Assembly (NCBI GenBank): GCA_965203835.1
Contig: OZ241919.1
Span: 852,188 to 916,187 of the forward strand
Reading direction: 5' to 3'
Origin: Dehalococcoidia bacterium
GTDB lineage: Bacteria; Chloroflexota; Dehalococcoidia; Lucifugimonadales; UBA3495
DNA length: 64,000 bases
Shown piece by piece: positions 44,834-54,339 of this stretch; position 1 is the stretch's first letter, and each line of letters opens with the position of its first letter. The position numbers and the translations under genes were made by a program. A model generated the notes under the pieces. The model worked only from the letters and a program-made list of their open reading frames with translations, was not told the DNA's origin and did no database searches.

Positions 44834-47800
44834 CTATGAAGAAAAATAGGCGATGATCACCGCTATGGCCTCTTCTTTGGTGATGATGCCGTTGAAATAA
44901 TCGATAACCGCGGCGATGGCCTCATCTTTGCTGATCGCTCCGTCGTCGTTCCTGTCATACCGGTCGACGACGTTGACTACGGTCGTCAGGGTGGCGCCGC
45001 TAAGCACGTTGGACCAAGCTCCGGCACCGGCTGAGTTGACAGCCCTCACTTGAACGTCGTATTGCGAGTTGCCCGCCAGCCCTGTCAGTTCGTACTCCAG
45101 GTTTCCTGCACCCGACCGCCAGACACCTTCAACGACTGTCCAATTGCCGTCCACCGTCTCATCTGCATCAGTACGGATATAGCGCAGGTCATAGGAGGTG
45201 GGACTGGAACCGCGACTGACGGCGGGAGCAGACCAGGATACGGTCATGGAATCTTCACTGGGCGTCAGCCTGTTCAAGATAGGTGCGGCGGGCGTAAGTT
45301 GGTGTCCGTATATCTTGATGCTCCATGCATCGAGGCTGCCCGACCAGAGATTGATCCGGTCGGTTATTCTGAGCTTCCACTGGCCGTCGGGATTTTCACC
45401 CAAGTGCTTGGCCGAACCGAAGCGAAATTCGCCATGCAACGGAATGGGTGGACCGGTGTAGTAGGGGGTTACGAGCTTTGACACAGCCCCCTCAGGAGAT
45501 TCCAGCTCAATCTCAAGGTCACGGAAAGACGAGTGCTGGAAAGAGGTCTTGATTTCCACAAACTCAATGAAATCAATGTCAGTGTTCAGATAAAGCGTGC
45601 GGGTGACCGTCGTGGGATTGCCACTGAAAGAAAGGTCCGGAATCCGCGTGTTCAGCGTACCTGATGCTGCTCCCTCGCTCCTCAGCGGCGGCAGGTTGGT
45701 CCAGTCTTTAGCCAGGTCCACGGCGGCTTTGGCGTCGACTACCCCAAAGCCGTACTCATGGTTGAAGTGGTACTTTTCCGTGTATGACCCGTGTTTGAAG
45801 GCGCCGTCTTCCCAGCCGATGTTCCTTGGGTCGCTCTTGCGTGCGGTGTTGGCGAGAATCAGCTTCAGGTCCCTCCACGTCAACCCCGGGTTGACTTGAC
45901 GCATCAGCGCGGCCACACCGGAGACTATGGGAGTTGATGCGGAGGTCCCACCAAAATTGTAACGGTACCGGTGGGAATTCTCGATAGTGACGACGCTCCG
46001 GTGGCCCGTCCTCAGATCGTTCGATGGAGCGCATACCCACAGGTTCGCCCCCTCCTCCGAGTACTCACTCCTGATACCGTCGTCATTGACGGCGCAAACC
46101 GGGATTACCGCATAGTAATTCGCGTACTCCTCAAGGTTGGAGTTATCTCCCCTGTCGGCGCCATTGCCGGCAGCCCACGCATAGAAGGTCCCCTTTCCTC
46201 CGTAGCCCTTTTCTACCCCCGTCTTCACAGCGGCTTCCCAGAAAGCGGTGACATGCACCAAGCCGTGATCGTCAACCCCACCCCAACTGTTGCTGGATAT
46301 TGCCGTTACGTCGCGGTTACGGCTCATGGCGTCCGCTTGGTTCAAGCCAACTGGGCTAACCAGCAAGTTGTATCCGTATACTGTTGCCCGAGGAGCTACT
46401 CCGCGAACCCCGATATCGTTGTCGTGCGCTGCGATGAGACCGGCCACTCCCGTACCATGGTGTTCGACCCTTCCATATATATCGCCGCCTCCGGTGTAGT
46501 CGTGATTAAGGTCGGCGTTGACGTTGGCGGCCAGGTCTTCGTGATAGTGGTCCATGCCGTCGTCAACCACGGCTACGTTGATGCCGTCTCCATTGACGCC
46601 GTCAGCCCAAACGCGTTCGACGTTGATGTCCTCGCCTTCGTTTTCCCGATTCTTCAAGTGCCATTGGCAAGCGTACAGGTCATCGCCGAACCGTCCGGCG
46701 CTTAATCGACCGGTCTGACGCCGGCAGTCGTTTACAAAGTCCGTGTACTCGGAATCCTCAAATCCGTGGAGTGTATACGCTACGGGACCAAGGGCTTCCT
46801 GGGCGCCGGTGGTGACCCTGACGTAGTAGGTACCCGGACCAAAGTCGTCCAATATTCGGAAACCGTCATCCAAGGCATATTCATTTACGCTGATTCTATT
46901 ACCCTCGCTGTCCAGCACCTCTCCATCGACAAAGTAGTCGCCCGTACTTCTCCCGTAGATATGCACGTTGGTTTTCCCGGTGAAGCGTAGCCGGAAGTAG
47001 TCCGCGTCGTTAACCGGGTCAATCGTCCCGGCTACTGGGGAACCCAGGGGCAAACCGGTAGCGGCGCCGATGCTGCCACCGGGATCAGTTACGGTTTCGG
47101 CGTTCAGAGCAAAACCGCCGGTCCTCGTCCCGAAGCTCCCTACCCTGATGTAGTAAGTTCCTGCCGCAAGGGTTTGCCTGATATGAAAAGCCCGGAATCT
47201 CCCTGCTATGAGGCTGTCGTCGTTGAACGTGATCTTGTTAAAACCACTGTCATATAGAGTTCCAACGGTGTCCATAACTACGCCGGCAACGGGACTGGCC
47301 GTGGCATATACCCAAACGTCGGACGCCGAGGACAACGTCAGCTTGTAATACTCCTCATCGAATCCTAGGGATACGATTCCTTCAGTTGCGGATCCGCCAA
47401 CGTCCAACGACCGCACAGGCTCTGCGAACAGGGCATACGGTCCGGTTTCCGGTCTGGAACCTCTTTGATAGCCCTTGACTCGAATGTAGTATGCTCCCGC
47501 TTCGAGTTCTTTCCTCATGAGGAAGTTCGCGTCATCCCCGCTATCGTCATCGGTTCCCAGTGCGGTCGCTCCGTCACTATCCAGCAGTTCGCCGATGGTG
47601 TCTACGTCTCCGGTGGTGTAGACCAGCACCTCTGCTGCCGTGTCAAGTTCGAGCTTGAACAGGTCTTCATCGGCGGTCCTGTTGGGGGGTGTGCCGGACA
47701 CCGGGTCTATAAGTCCGATTTGGGGAACGCCCAGGGTCAACTCTTCCGCAGTGGACGCGTCATTGCCTTGGTCAGCCACCATCTCGGCATATAGCTTGTA

Positions 47801-48913
47801 AGGCCCGGTTTTTGTCGGAAAGCCGCTAACGCCGATATAGTAGGTCCCTGCCGCCAAGCTTTTCGCCATGAAGAAGCTTAGGCGCCCTTCCGAGAAAACA
47901 CTGTCGTCGTTGTACGCAATCAGGCTTCCGTGGCTATTCAGCAATCCTCCCACGGTATCGGTGTCGCCAATAGCGTAAACCCAGATATCCATGGCCGTGG
48001 GCAGAGTGAGCCTGAAATAGTCTTCGTCGCCGCCGGGGCTAACGAAACCGTATGCCGAATCGCCAATCGCCAGCGTGGCGGCGCCGGTGCGGGAACTATT
48101 CTGGTCGGCAACTTCTTCGACGTAAAGCCGGTAGGGACCCGCACTCCCGCCATAACCGAGGACCGCAAGGTAGTAGACCCTTGGTTTGAGAGTACGACCC
48201 ACAAAAAAGTCTCTGGCTCCATCGGAAAGAGGACTGTCGTCGTTGGCCTCAATCCGTACTCCTCGATAGTCGAAGAGCACCCCTACAGTATCGACGTCCC
48301 CTATGGTGTACATGACAACGCCGGTGTCCCCGGTCTTCGTGGAAAGGTCGATCTCGAATAGGTCCACATCACCGGCGGGACCAATGATCCCGTCTACCGG
48401 GATACCCAAGATGAGGTCATCAGCATGGTCGATGAGGTGGCCCTGGTCGGCCCCTGTTCTGGTGTGCAGGATATAGGGGCCGGTGGCTGTCTCGTAGCCC
48501 CTTACCTCGACATAGTAGACTCCCGGCGCCAGGTTCGCTCCCATGTGAAAGTTGTGGCGCATACTTCCAAGGACACTGTCATCGTTGGACGCCAGCAAGG
48601 TAAATCCGCCGTCAAAGAGTTGTCCTGATGTATCCGTGGGGCCGGTTGTATAAATCCAGATGTCCTTTGCTTCGACATCGCCGGGTATCTCAAACCGGAA
48701 GTAGTCTACGTCACCGGCGGTGTTGATAACTCCCTGCGCAGACGCGCCCAGCGTCAAGTCCGTGGCGGTGACGAAAGTGTCGTCTTGGCGGTCAACATCC
48801 TGCGCCTGAATTTCGCCGCCGGCCAGGAGGACACACAGGAAAAGGCAGAATACCAGGCACAGCAGCCTGACCCGTAACGGCATCAATGAGAATCTGGGTG
48901 GAATCGAGGGCAC
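44834..48913 (-). CDS. secreted multidomain S8 (kexin/furin-like) serine protease: 6 PPC-like repeats, S8 domain, P-domain, FN3, dockerin/EF-hand-like tail
   Basis: Signal peptide. Six repeats of the form DxDYFR..L....VY..GDxDTxG.L.D..G.....NDDS....G.YY..V.G. Catalytic D (VAVVDDG), H (HGTGVAG) and S (GGTSASTP). P-domain region DLEIELESPEG...GENPDGQWKLRITD. FN3 domain. Tail DRNDDGAISKDEAIAAVIDYF. Confidence 0.85.
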   Translation of the reverse strand: MPSIPPRFSLMPLRVRLLCLVFCLFLCVLLAGGEIQAQDVDRQDDTFVTATDLTLGASAQGVINTAGDVDYFRFEIPGDVEAKDIWIYTTGPTDTSGQLFDGGFTLLASNDDSVLGSMRHNFHMGANLAPGVYYVEVRGYETATGPYILHTRTGADQGHLIDHADDLILGIPVDGIIGPAGDVDLFEIDLSTKTGDTGVVMYTIGDVDTVGVLFDYRGVRIEANDDSPLSDGARDFFVGRTLKPRVYYLAVLGYGGSAGPYRLYVEEVADQNSSRTGAATLAIGDSAYGFVSPGGDEDYFRLTLPTAMDIWVYAIGDTDTVGGLLNSHGSLIAYNDDSVFSEGRLSFFMAKSLAAGTYYIGVSGFPTKTGPYKLYAEMVADQGNDASTAEELTLGVPQIGLIDPVSGTPPNRTADEDLFKLELDTAAEVLVYTTGDVDTIGELLDSDGATALGTDDDSGDDANFLMRKELEAGAYYIRVKGYQRGSRPETGPYALFAEPVRSLDVGGSATEGIVSLGFDEEYYKLTLSSASDVWVYATASPVAGVVMDTVGTLYDSGFNKITFNDDSLIAGRFRAFHIRQTLAAGTYYIRVGSFGTRTGGFALNAETVTDPGGSIGAATGLPLGSPVAGTIDPVNDADYFRLRFTGKTNVHIYGRSTGDYFVDGEVLDSEGNRISVNEYALDDGFRILDDFGPGTYYVRVTTGAQEALGPVAYTLHGFEDSEYTDFVNDCRRQTGRLSAGRFGDDLYACQWHLKNRENEGEDINVERVWADGVNGDGINVAVVDDGMDHYHEDLAANVNADLNHDYTGGGDIYGRVEHHGTGVAGLIAAHDNDIGVRGVAPRATVYGYNLLVSPVGLNQADAMSRNRDVTAISSNSWGGVDDHGLVHVTAFWEAAVKTGVEKGYGGKGTFYAWAAGNGADRGDNSNLEEYANYYAVIPVCAVNDDGIRSEYSEEGANLWVCAPSNDLRTGHRSVVTIENSHRYRYNFGGTSASTPIVSGVAALMRQVNPGLTWRDLKLILANTARKSDPRNIGWEDGAFKHGSYTEKYHFNHEYGFGVVDAKAAVDLAKDWTNLPPLRSEGAASGTLNTRIPDLSFSGNPTTVTRTLYLNTDIDFIEFVEIKTSFQHSSFRDLEIELESPEGAVSKLVTPYYTGPPIPLHGEFRFGSAKHLGENPDGQWKLRITDRINLWSGSLDAWSIKIYGHQLTPAAPILNRLTPSEDSMTVSWSAPAVSRGSSPTSYDLRYIRTDADETVDGNWTVVEGVWRSGAGNLEYELTGLAGNSQYDVQVRAVNSAGAGAWSNVLSGATLTTVVNVVDRYDRNDDGAISKDEAIAAVIDYFNGIITKEEAIAVIIAYFSS

Positions 48914-49066
48914 CTCACGTCCTCACAACAACTGGGGTGGGTCCGGCCGGGGACTGCGTAGGTCCATCGGTCTTGGTTGAAGACGGTCGACCCTGAGAAG
49001 CTGTCTCAAGACCGACCAGTCCTGCTGATGCTTCTGCACCCCTGACCGATGCTTATGGACTCCCGC

Positions 49067-50083
49067 CTATACGTCGATGCTATACACCCGGACGGCGTTG
49101 TCATGGAACATCGCCGCCCTTTCCGTGGCGGAATAGCTGGCGGTCATACGCTTGAACGCGTTGTACATCACGTTGTAGGAATAGGATACTTTATCCGGCG
49201 GGAAGTTGCTCTCGAACATGCACCGTTCCGGGCCGAACTGGTCGATGCAGTAGGTCATCAGGGGAGAAAGCGCTTCCGCCAGTTCTTCGGAGCCGATGGG
49301 TTTCTCCCTGGTGTGCCAGTCGAAACCGTAGCGGGGTTGTCCCACTCCGCCGAGCTTCATCACGACGTTGGGGCACTTTGCCAGGGTAGAGATTCCTTCG
49401 CGCCAAGCCGGCAGCACTTCGTCGTCCCGGTTGCCGTAGGGGCCCACCCGCATCAGTCCGCCTATGTGGTTCGAGATAATCGTCAGGTCAGGCACGGCGT
49501 TGGCGAATTCGGCCACCTCCGCAAGCTGCGGAAAGTACACGGTGTTCTCGTATACCAGTCCCCTGCGGGCCAACACCCGCGCTCCTGCTCTGAACTCCGC
49601 GTTGGCCAGTTGGTGTTCCGCGCCGCGATTTTCGATTTCCGGGTGGGGGTCCCAGCCGACGGACTGCCGGATGCCCCGGAAGCGGTTGGGGCTGGCTGCC
49701 TGCAACGCGTCCAGCACCCGCTCCACGTCGTCGCCCAGGTTGAGGTTGGCGTGGCCTATGATGGCCGCCGCCGCTTTGGCCGGGCCGTACAGCCCGGTAG
49801 CACTGGCCGCCGCAAGGCCCTGTACGAACTCCACCTCTCCAACCGGGCGCAATTCTTCCGGGCCGTCGGGACGGTACATGGCCCGCGCCTCTAGGAACAC
49901 TGTCGAGCGCACGTTATGTCCGCTGTTCAGGTCCGCAGCCAGTTCATGCAGCAGGTAGCGATGATAAGGAATCCGCTCCATGCGGAAGTCCCAGAAGTGG
50001 TGATGAGCGTCGCAAATGGGCATCTCCGGCTCAAGGGTTTCTTCGGTGGTCAACGCCAGCCAGTCGTTGTCTCCGTACGGCAT
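49067..50083 (-). CDS. amidohydrolase-2 family metal-dependent hydrolase (TIM barrel)
   Basis: AAGGAG RBS. Sequence ICDAHHHFWD near the N-terminus and a C-terminal FESNFPPDK. Confidence 0.65.
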   Translation of the reverse strand: MPYGDNDWLALTTEETLEPEMPICDAHHHFWDFRMERIPYHRYLLHELAADLNSGHNVRSTVFLEARAMYRPDGPEELRPVGEVEFVQGLAAASATGLYGPAKAAAAIIGHANLNLGDDVERVLDALQAASPNRFRGIRQSVGWDPHPEIENRGAEHQLANAEFRAGARVLARRGLVYENTVYFPQLAEVAEFANAVPDLTIISNHIGGLMRVGPYGNRDDEVLPAWREGISTLAKCPNVVMKLGGVGQPRYGFDWHTREKPIGSEELAEALSPLMTYCIDQFGPERCMFESNFPPDKVSYSYNVMYNAFKRMTASYSATERAAMFHDNAVRVYSIDV

Positions 50084-50211
50084 ATCCTCTACTCCTTGAG
50101 GGCGTTTGAGCGCGCGCCCACGAGGCGTATCGTACCACAACCCCGCTTCCCCCGGCCCCAGCACCCCCCGCCTATGGTAGGATTACCGGGATTCTCGCAA
50201 GGGGGGACATT

Positions 50212-51306
50212 ATGGCAGACAAGATTCGCTTGGGCATCATCGGCGCCAATATTCACCGGGGTTGGGCTGTCAGGTCCCACCTGCCCGCCGTGGTCGCCAG
50301 CCCGGAGTTCGAGCTTACGGCCGTCTGCACAACCCGCATGGAGAGCGCGGAAGAGTCCCGCCGGAAGTTCGGGGCCAAGCTGGCATTCTATGATTACCGA
50401 GAGATGCTGAGGCACCCGGACATTGACGCCGTCGCCGTGAGCCTGAGGGTGCCGAATCACTACGAGCCCACCGTTGACGCCATCAACGCTGGCAAGCATG
50501 TCTATACCGAGTGGCCCCTTGGCCGCACTACCGCCGAGGCACAGGAGATGGCCGACCTGGCCCGGGCCAAGGGCGTCAGGAACATGGTGGGTCTCCAGTC
50601 CCGCGCTAACCCGGTGCTGTTGTATGTAAGGGACCTGATGGCAGCGGGCTATGTCGGAGAGGTCATGTCATGCCACGTGAGCCGCATCGCCGGAGGAGTG
50701 TTGCAGAGGCAGTCTGACCGTACCTGGCAGCGGGACCGAGAGTTGGGCGCCAACACGCTGACCATCACCCACGGCCACACCATCGACGCGCTGCGGTTCG
50801 TGGTCGGGGACTTCAGTCATGTTTCTTCGGTGGTCAGCACGCAGGCCGACCAGTGGTTCGAGACCGACACCAACCAAATGGTGGACGTAACCTCGCCGGA
50901 CAATGTGCTGGTCAGCGGCAGGCTTGCCAACGGCGCGGTCGCGTCGGTACACGTCGCCAGCAACCCGTGGGCGGGCAGCGGCTACCGCATGGAGATATAT
51001 GGCCGGGAAGGCACCTTGGTAGCGTCATCCGGCGAATCCCCCAACCACGACGGCGTCCGCTTGCAGGGCGTACAGGGCGGCAACCGGCTCGAAGACCTGC
51101 CCATTCCTCCCGAATACACCTATGTTCTGGAGGGAATGCCCCGGGGCGAAGCCTACAACGTGGGCCAGATGTATTACCAGTTTGGCCGAGGCATCCGGGA
51201 AGGGAACGACTGCCAGCCCGACTTCGACGAGGCCGTCCGGCTGCACCGGTTCATCGACGCAATACAGAAGGCATCTGACCATGGAACGGAGGTGGCCGTC
51301 AGATAG
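50212..51306 (+). CDS. Gfo/Idh/MocA family oxidoreductase
   Basis: N-terminus IRLGIIGANIHRGW and the EWPL motif (YTEWPLGRT). Confidence 0.8.
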   Translation: MADKIRLGIIGANIHRGWAVRSHLPAVVASPEFELTAVCTTRMESAEESRRKFGAKLAFYDYREMLRHPDIDAVAVSLRVPNHYEPTVDAINAGKHVYTEWPLGRTTAEAQEMADLARAKGVRNMVGLQSRANPVLLYVRDLMAAGYVGEVMSCHVSRIAGGVLQRQSDRTWQRDRELGANTLTITHGHTIDALRFVVGDFSHVSSVVSTQADQWFETDTNQMVDVTSPDNVLVSGRLANGAVASVHVASNPWAGSGYRMEIYGREGTLVASSGESPNHDGVRLQGVQGGNRLEDLPIPPEYTYVLEGMPRGEAYNVGQMYYQFGRGIREGNDCQPDFDEAVRLHRFIDAIQKASDHGTEVAVR

Positions 51307-51310
51307 CACC

Positions 51311-51335
51311 CGCCAACGCTACCGGTTGGGCCATT
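51311..51335 (+). repeat. left 25-bp direct repeat flanking the mrr insert
   Basis: cgccaacgctaccggttgggccatt, 24/25 identical to 52574-52598. On the minus strand it reads ...KWPNR-stop with no ORF attached. Confidence 0.85.
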
Positions 51336-52573
51336 TCATCTCATCGAGTCTGACTCTTACGCTTGACGGCTCGCTGCAGTGACCTATAGAACCCTAAAGT
51401 ATAATTGGGAGATAGATAAAGGCGGGAAAACTTCGAACCAGAGTGGACAATGCAGCTTGGACATGTAGACGAGGAGGCGTTGAGGAATGGCCGTGTGGGT
51501 GGTCAGAGCAGGAAGAAGAGGTGAAGGGGAAGAATTAGCCCTAGACAACGGAATGGTAAGCATCCATTTTGGTCTTTGGGTGAGCGTTACTGAGTTCGCT
51601 GATCGAGATGCCTTGCGAGACCACTTGATCAATGAAAACGATGGGGAGAGGACCGCCAAGGCAGCCGTATCCGCAGCCGGACAACTCTGGAATTTCGCTC
51701 ATACAATCAGTGTAGGAGATGTGATTGTACTGCCCAGAAAGCAACCCAGAGTGGTAGCCGTGGGAACAGCAGCAGGAGCCTACGAGTACAGGCCTGATTT
51801 GGACCCTCCCCATGTTCTTGCGGTGAATTGGAAAGCCCGCGATATACCGCGCGAGGACTTCGATCAGGACTTGCTCTATTCACTGGGCGGACTGGCGACA
51901 GTCTATCGTGTCAGGGCAAGCGATGCCCGGTCGCGTATCGAGCAAATCATGACTGACCATTTGGCGGAGCGACCGATTGACGTCAGAGACGCCGCCGCAA
52001 CAACGGATGATGAAATATTCCAAGTTGACTTGGAAGAGCAGATCTCTGAACGAATTTTGGACCGCATTCGTCAAATGTACTCCGGCGTTAAGCTGGAATA
52101 CCTTGTAGCAAGTATATTGAGGGCCTCCGGATACAACGCTCTGGAGACTCGTCGAGGACCCGACGGGGGGATAGATGTGGTTGCCGGCCAAGGTGATATG
52201 GGGTTTGGACAACCGAGGTTATGCGTTCAAGTGAAATCGGGGCGCTCTGCCGTAACCCGGCCTGAATACGACCAACTCAGAGGCAACATCAACACTTTCG
52301 GTGCGAACCACGGACTGCTAGTCAGCCTCGGCGACTTCACTAGAGACGTGAGAGTCGAAAACGAACGGTCATTTTTCCAGATCCGTTTATGGGGACCTAA
52401 CGACTTGGTAAACAAGTTGCTGGAGACCTATGATGCTCTTCCGGACGACATCCAGAAGGACATCCCACTCAGAAACCGTAGGGTTCTGGTAGAAACAGAA
52501 GGCTAGGTATATGATCGGTATCTGGTTACCGTCAAGCCCTTCAATACATGAGCAACCGCACCAAGTGTCCCCA
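51336..52573 (+). mobile_element. putative single-gene insertion cassette carrying mrr (no recombinase)
   Basis: Bounded by the 25-bp direct repeats. Hand-counted GC is about 43-53% in sampled 60-nt lines, versus about 60% in a flanking line. Confidence 0.45.
51487..52506 (+). CDS. mrr: Mrr-type (type IV) restriction endonuclease
   Basis: GAGGAGG RBS. N-terminal domain MAVWVVRAGRRGEGEE...GDVIVLP...YEYRPD. C-terminal PD-(D/E)xK region GPDGGIDVVA...CVQVKSG...GLLVSLGDFT. Confidence 0.75.
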   Translation: MAVWVVRAGRRGEGEELALDNGMVSIHFGLWVSVTEFADRDALRDHLINENDGERTAKAAVSAAGQLWNFAHTISVGDVIVLPRKQPRVVAVGTAAGAYEYRPDLDPPHVLAVNWKARDIPREDFDQDLLYSLGGLATVYRVRASDARSRIEQIMTDHLAERPIDVRDAAATTDDEIFQVDLEEQISERILDRIRQMYSGVKLEYLVASILRASGYNALETRRGPDGGIDVVAGQGDMGFGQPRLCVQVKSGRSAVTRPEYDQLRGNINTFGANHGLLVSLGDFTRDVRVENERSFFQIRLWGPNDLVNKLLETYDALPDDIQKDIPLRNRRVLVETEG

Positions 52574-52598
52574 CGCCAACGCTACCGGTTCGGCCATT
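52574..52598 (+). repeat. right 25-bp direct repeat (3' end of gene 52582..53100)
   Basis: cgccaacgctaccggttcggccatt. It covers the last codons ...EWPNR and the stop of the minus-strand gene. Confidence 0.85.
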
Positions 52599-53100
52599 CG
52601 AATCCCAGGTTAGCGTAGCGCACGAATACCGTCCCGAAAGGGGCGCCCATCGGGCCGTTGATCGCCAGTATGGCTATCGTGTGCCGGTTGCCGGGCGCAG
52701 CGTCGCCGGTGACCTGAACTCGTTGCGGTACGTTGAGCCCCTGAATGGCCCCCCGATTCCCGTCGCATTCGCCGTCGATCCAGATTTCGCCGTAGTCATC
52801 GACACACGTCTCGAACCAGACACGCATCCCGTTGGTGGAACGTCCCTCCACTGTTTCGGGAATGGTGATGGTAGTCCGGTACCAGACGAAGCTGAAGCCG
52901 CTGGAAGTCCCTCGCGGCAGGTCGTCACACACTTCCCAAGCTGAGTCGTCGTAACCGGGCAACCGCGCCGGACTGCCCTGTCCCTGGGCCGTAAGCCCCT
53001 CGTTGGCTTCGCCGGGCACATAGCCTACGGAGTATCTCCATACGGCGCCCACGGCCGCTTGGCCTGAAGCCTCTGCAATATTGATGGTCGCTCTCGGCAT
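52582..53100 (-). CDS. stand-alone galactose-binding-like (GH2 sugar-binding domain-like) protein
   Basis: Sequence DDSAWEVCDDLP...FVWYRTTITIP...VWFETCVDDYGEIWIDG resembles the N-terminal jelly-roll of GH2 enzymes. Confidence 0.5.
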   Translation of the reverse strand: MPRATINIAEASGQAAVGAVWRYSVGYVPGEANEGLTAQGQGSPARLPGYDDSAWEVCDDLPRGTSSGFSFVWYRTTITIPETVEGRSTNGMRVWFETCVDDYGEIWIDGECDGNRGAIQGLNVPQRVQVTGDAAPGNRHTIAILAINGPMGAPFGTVFVRYANLGFEWPNR

Positions 53101-53207
53101 TTCTTCACCTGCTGGGTAAGTTCAATTGGTTTGTCCACGCATTTTAACAGCGCAAGGTCGTAGCAACAGCCTCCGGAAACCTGACACAATACCTTCCCCC
53201 ATTTCTG

Positions 53208-53236
53208 TTGACGGAGACTTGACCGCACCGTAGACT
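53208..53236 (+). promoter_or_regulatory. candidate promoter TTGACG-17-TAGACT
   Basis: -35 at 53208-53213 and -10 at 53231-53236, about 85 nt upstream of the esterase ATG. Confidence 0.35.
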
Positions 53237-53321
53237 CCATTCACCGAACAGTGGGAGTCTGCGAAACGGCGTTCGGGAGCCACAGGAACAACCGCACAAG
53301 GGCCGCGCAGGGGGTCGTAAT

Positions 53322-54248
53322 ATGCCGAGGTTAGCAGCCGACAAGTACGTTTCCAAGGTCAGCAAGCCGGACGACATTGACCAGTTCTGGGACGATGTAC
53401 TGGCTGAGACCGCCAAAATACCCCTGGACCCGGAAGTGGTCCTTGACCCGTTGCGGTCTTCCGAAGAAATAGATGTCTACGAGGTCTTCTACACCAGCTT
53501 GGACATGGTCCGTATCGCGGGCTGGTATGCCGTGCCCAAGCAACGGGACGGCCTGCTGCCCGGCCTGTTGCAGGTGCCCGGATATAACATGGAGCCTCCG
53601 GTGCCCAAGGTCTGGGCCCGCAAGGGCTATGCGGCTTTCAGCGCCGCCCCGAGGGGAAAACTGCGCAGCAACCGCCAGTTCAACCCGGGCTACCCCGGCC
53701 TGCTCACCTATGGCATGGTGGACCGGAATGTGTACTCGTACCGCGGTTTCTACATGGACGCTTGCCGGGCGGTGGAGTTCCTGTTGACCCGTGACGAAGT
53801 GGACAGCAACATGATCGGCGTGACCGGCCACAGCCAAGGCGGCGGCCTCACCGTTTCCACCGCCGCCCTGAGGCCGGAGATCAAGGCCGCCGCCGCGGGC
53901 GCTCCGTACCTCTGCGGGTACATGGACGCCATAGAGTTGACTGACGCCTATCCCTACCAAGAGATTGCCGACTATCTGCGAATGAACCCGGAAAGCCGGC
54001 AGCAGGTGGAGGACACCCTGGCATACTTCGACGGCATCAACCTGGCCCACCGGATTACTTGCCCCATCATCGTCAGCGTCGGACTCCAGGACAGCACCTG
54101 CCCGCCGGAGACGGGCTACGCTATGTTCAATGCCATCGCTAGCGAAGACAAGAAGATGTATGCCTATGACGGCCACGGCCACGACGCCAACAACCACGAG
54201 CACACCGCCGTAATCGACGCCTTCATGGCCAAACACCTCAAGTCGTAA
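53322..54248 (+). CDS. acetylxylan esterase / cephalosporin-C deacetylase family (CE7)
   Basis: Sequence FWDDVLAE...YEVFYTS...GWYAVP..., nucleophile GHSQGG, and a late D...H (GLQDSTCPP...GHGH). Confidence 0.75.
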   Translation: MPRLAADKYVSKVSKPDDIDQFWDDVLAETAKIPLDPEVVLDPLRSSEEIDVYEVFYTSLDMVRIAGWYAVPKQRDGLLPGLLQVPGYNMEPPVPKVWARKGYAAFSAAPRGKLRSNRQFNPGYPGLLTYGMVDRNVYSYRGFYMDACRAVEFLLTRDEVDSNMIGVTGHSQGGGLTVSTAALRPEIKAAAAGAPYLCGYMDAIELTDAYPYQEIADYLRMNPESRQQVEDTLAYFDGINLAHRITCPIIVSVGLQDSTCPPETGYAMFNAIASEDKKMYAYDGHGHDANNHEHTAVIDAFMAKHLKS

Positions 54249-54339
54249 GACCGTGTTGTATGCTTGCTCCCGCGATTAGACGGCGCCGCGACTGTGTTAT
54301 CATCGCTCCCGGATATGCCGCGTTTTTAAGAGGGTCGTG

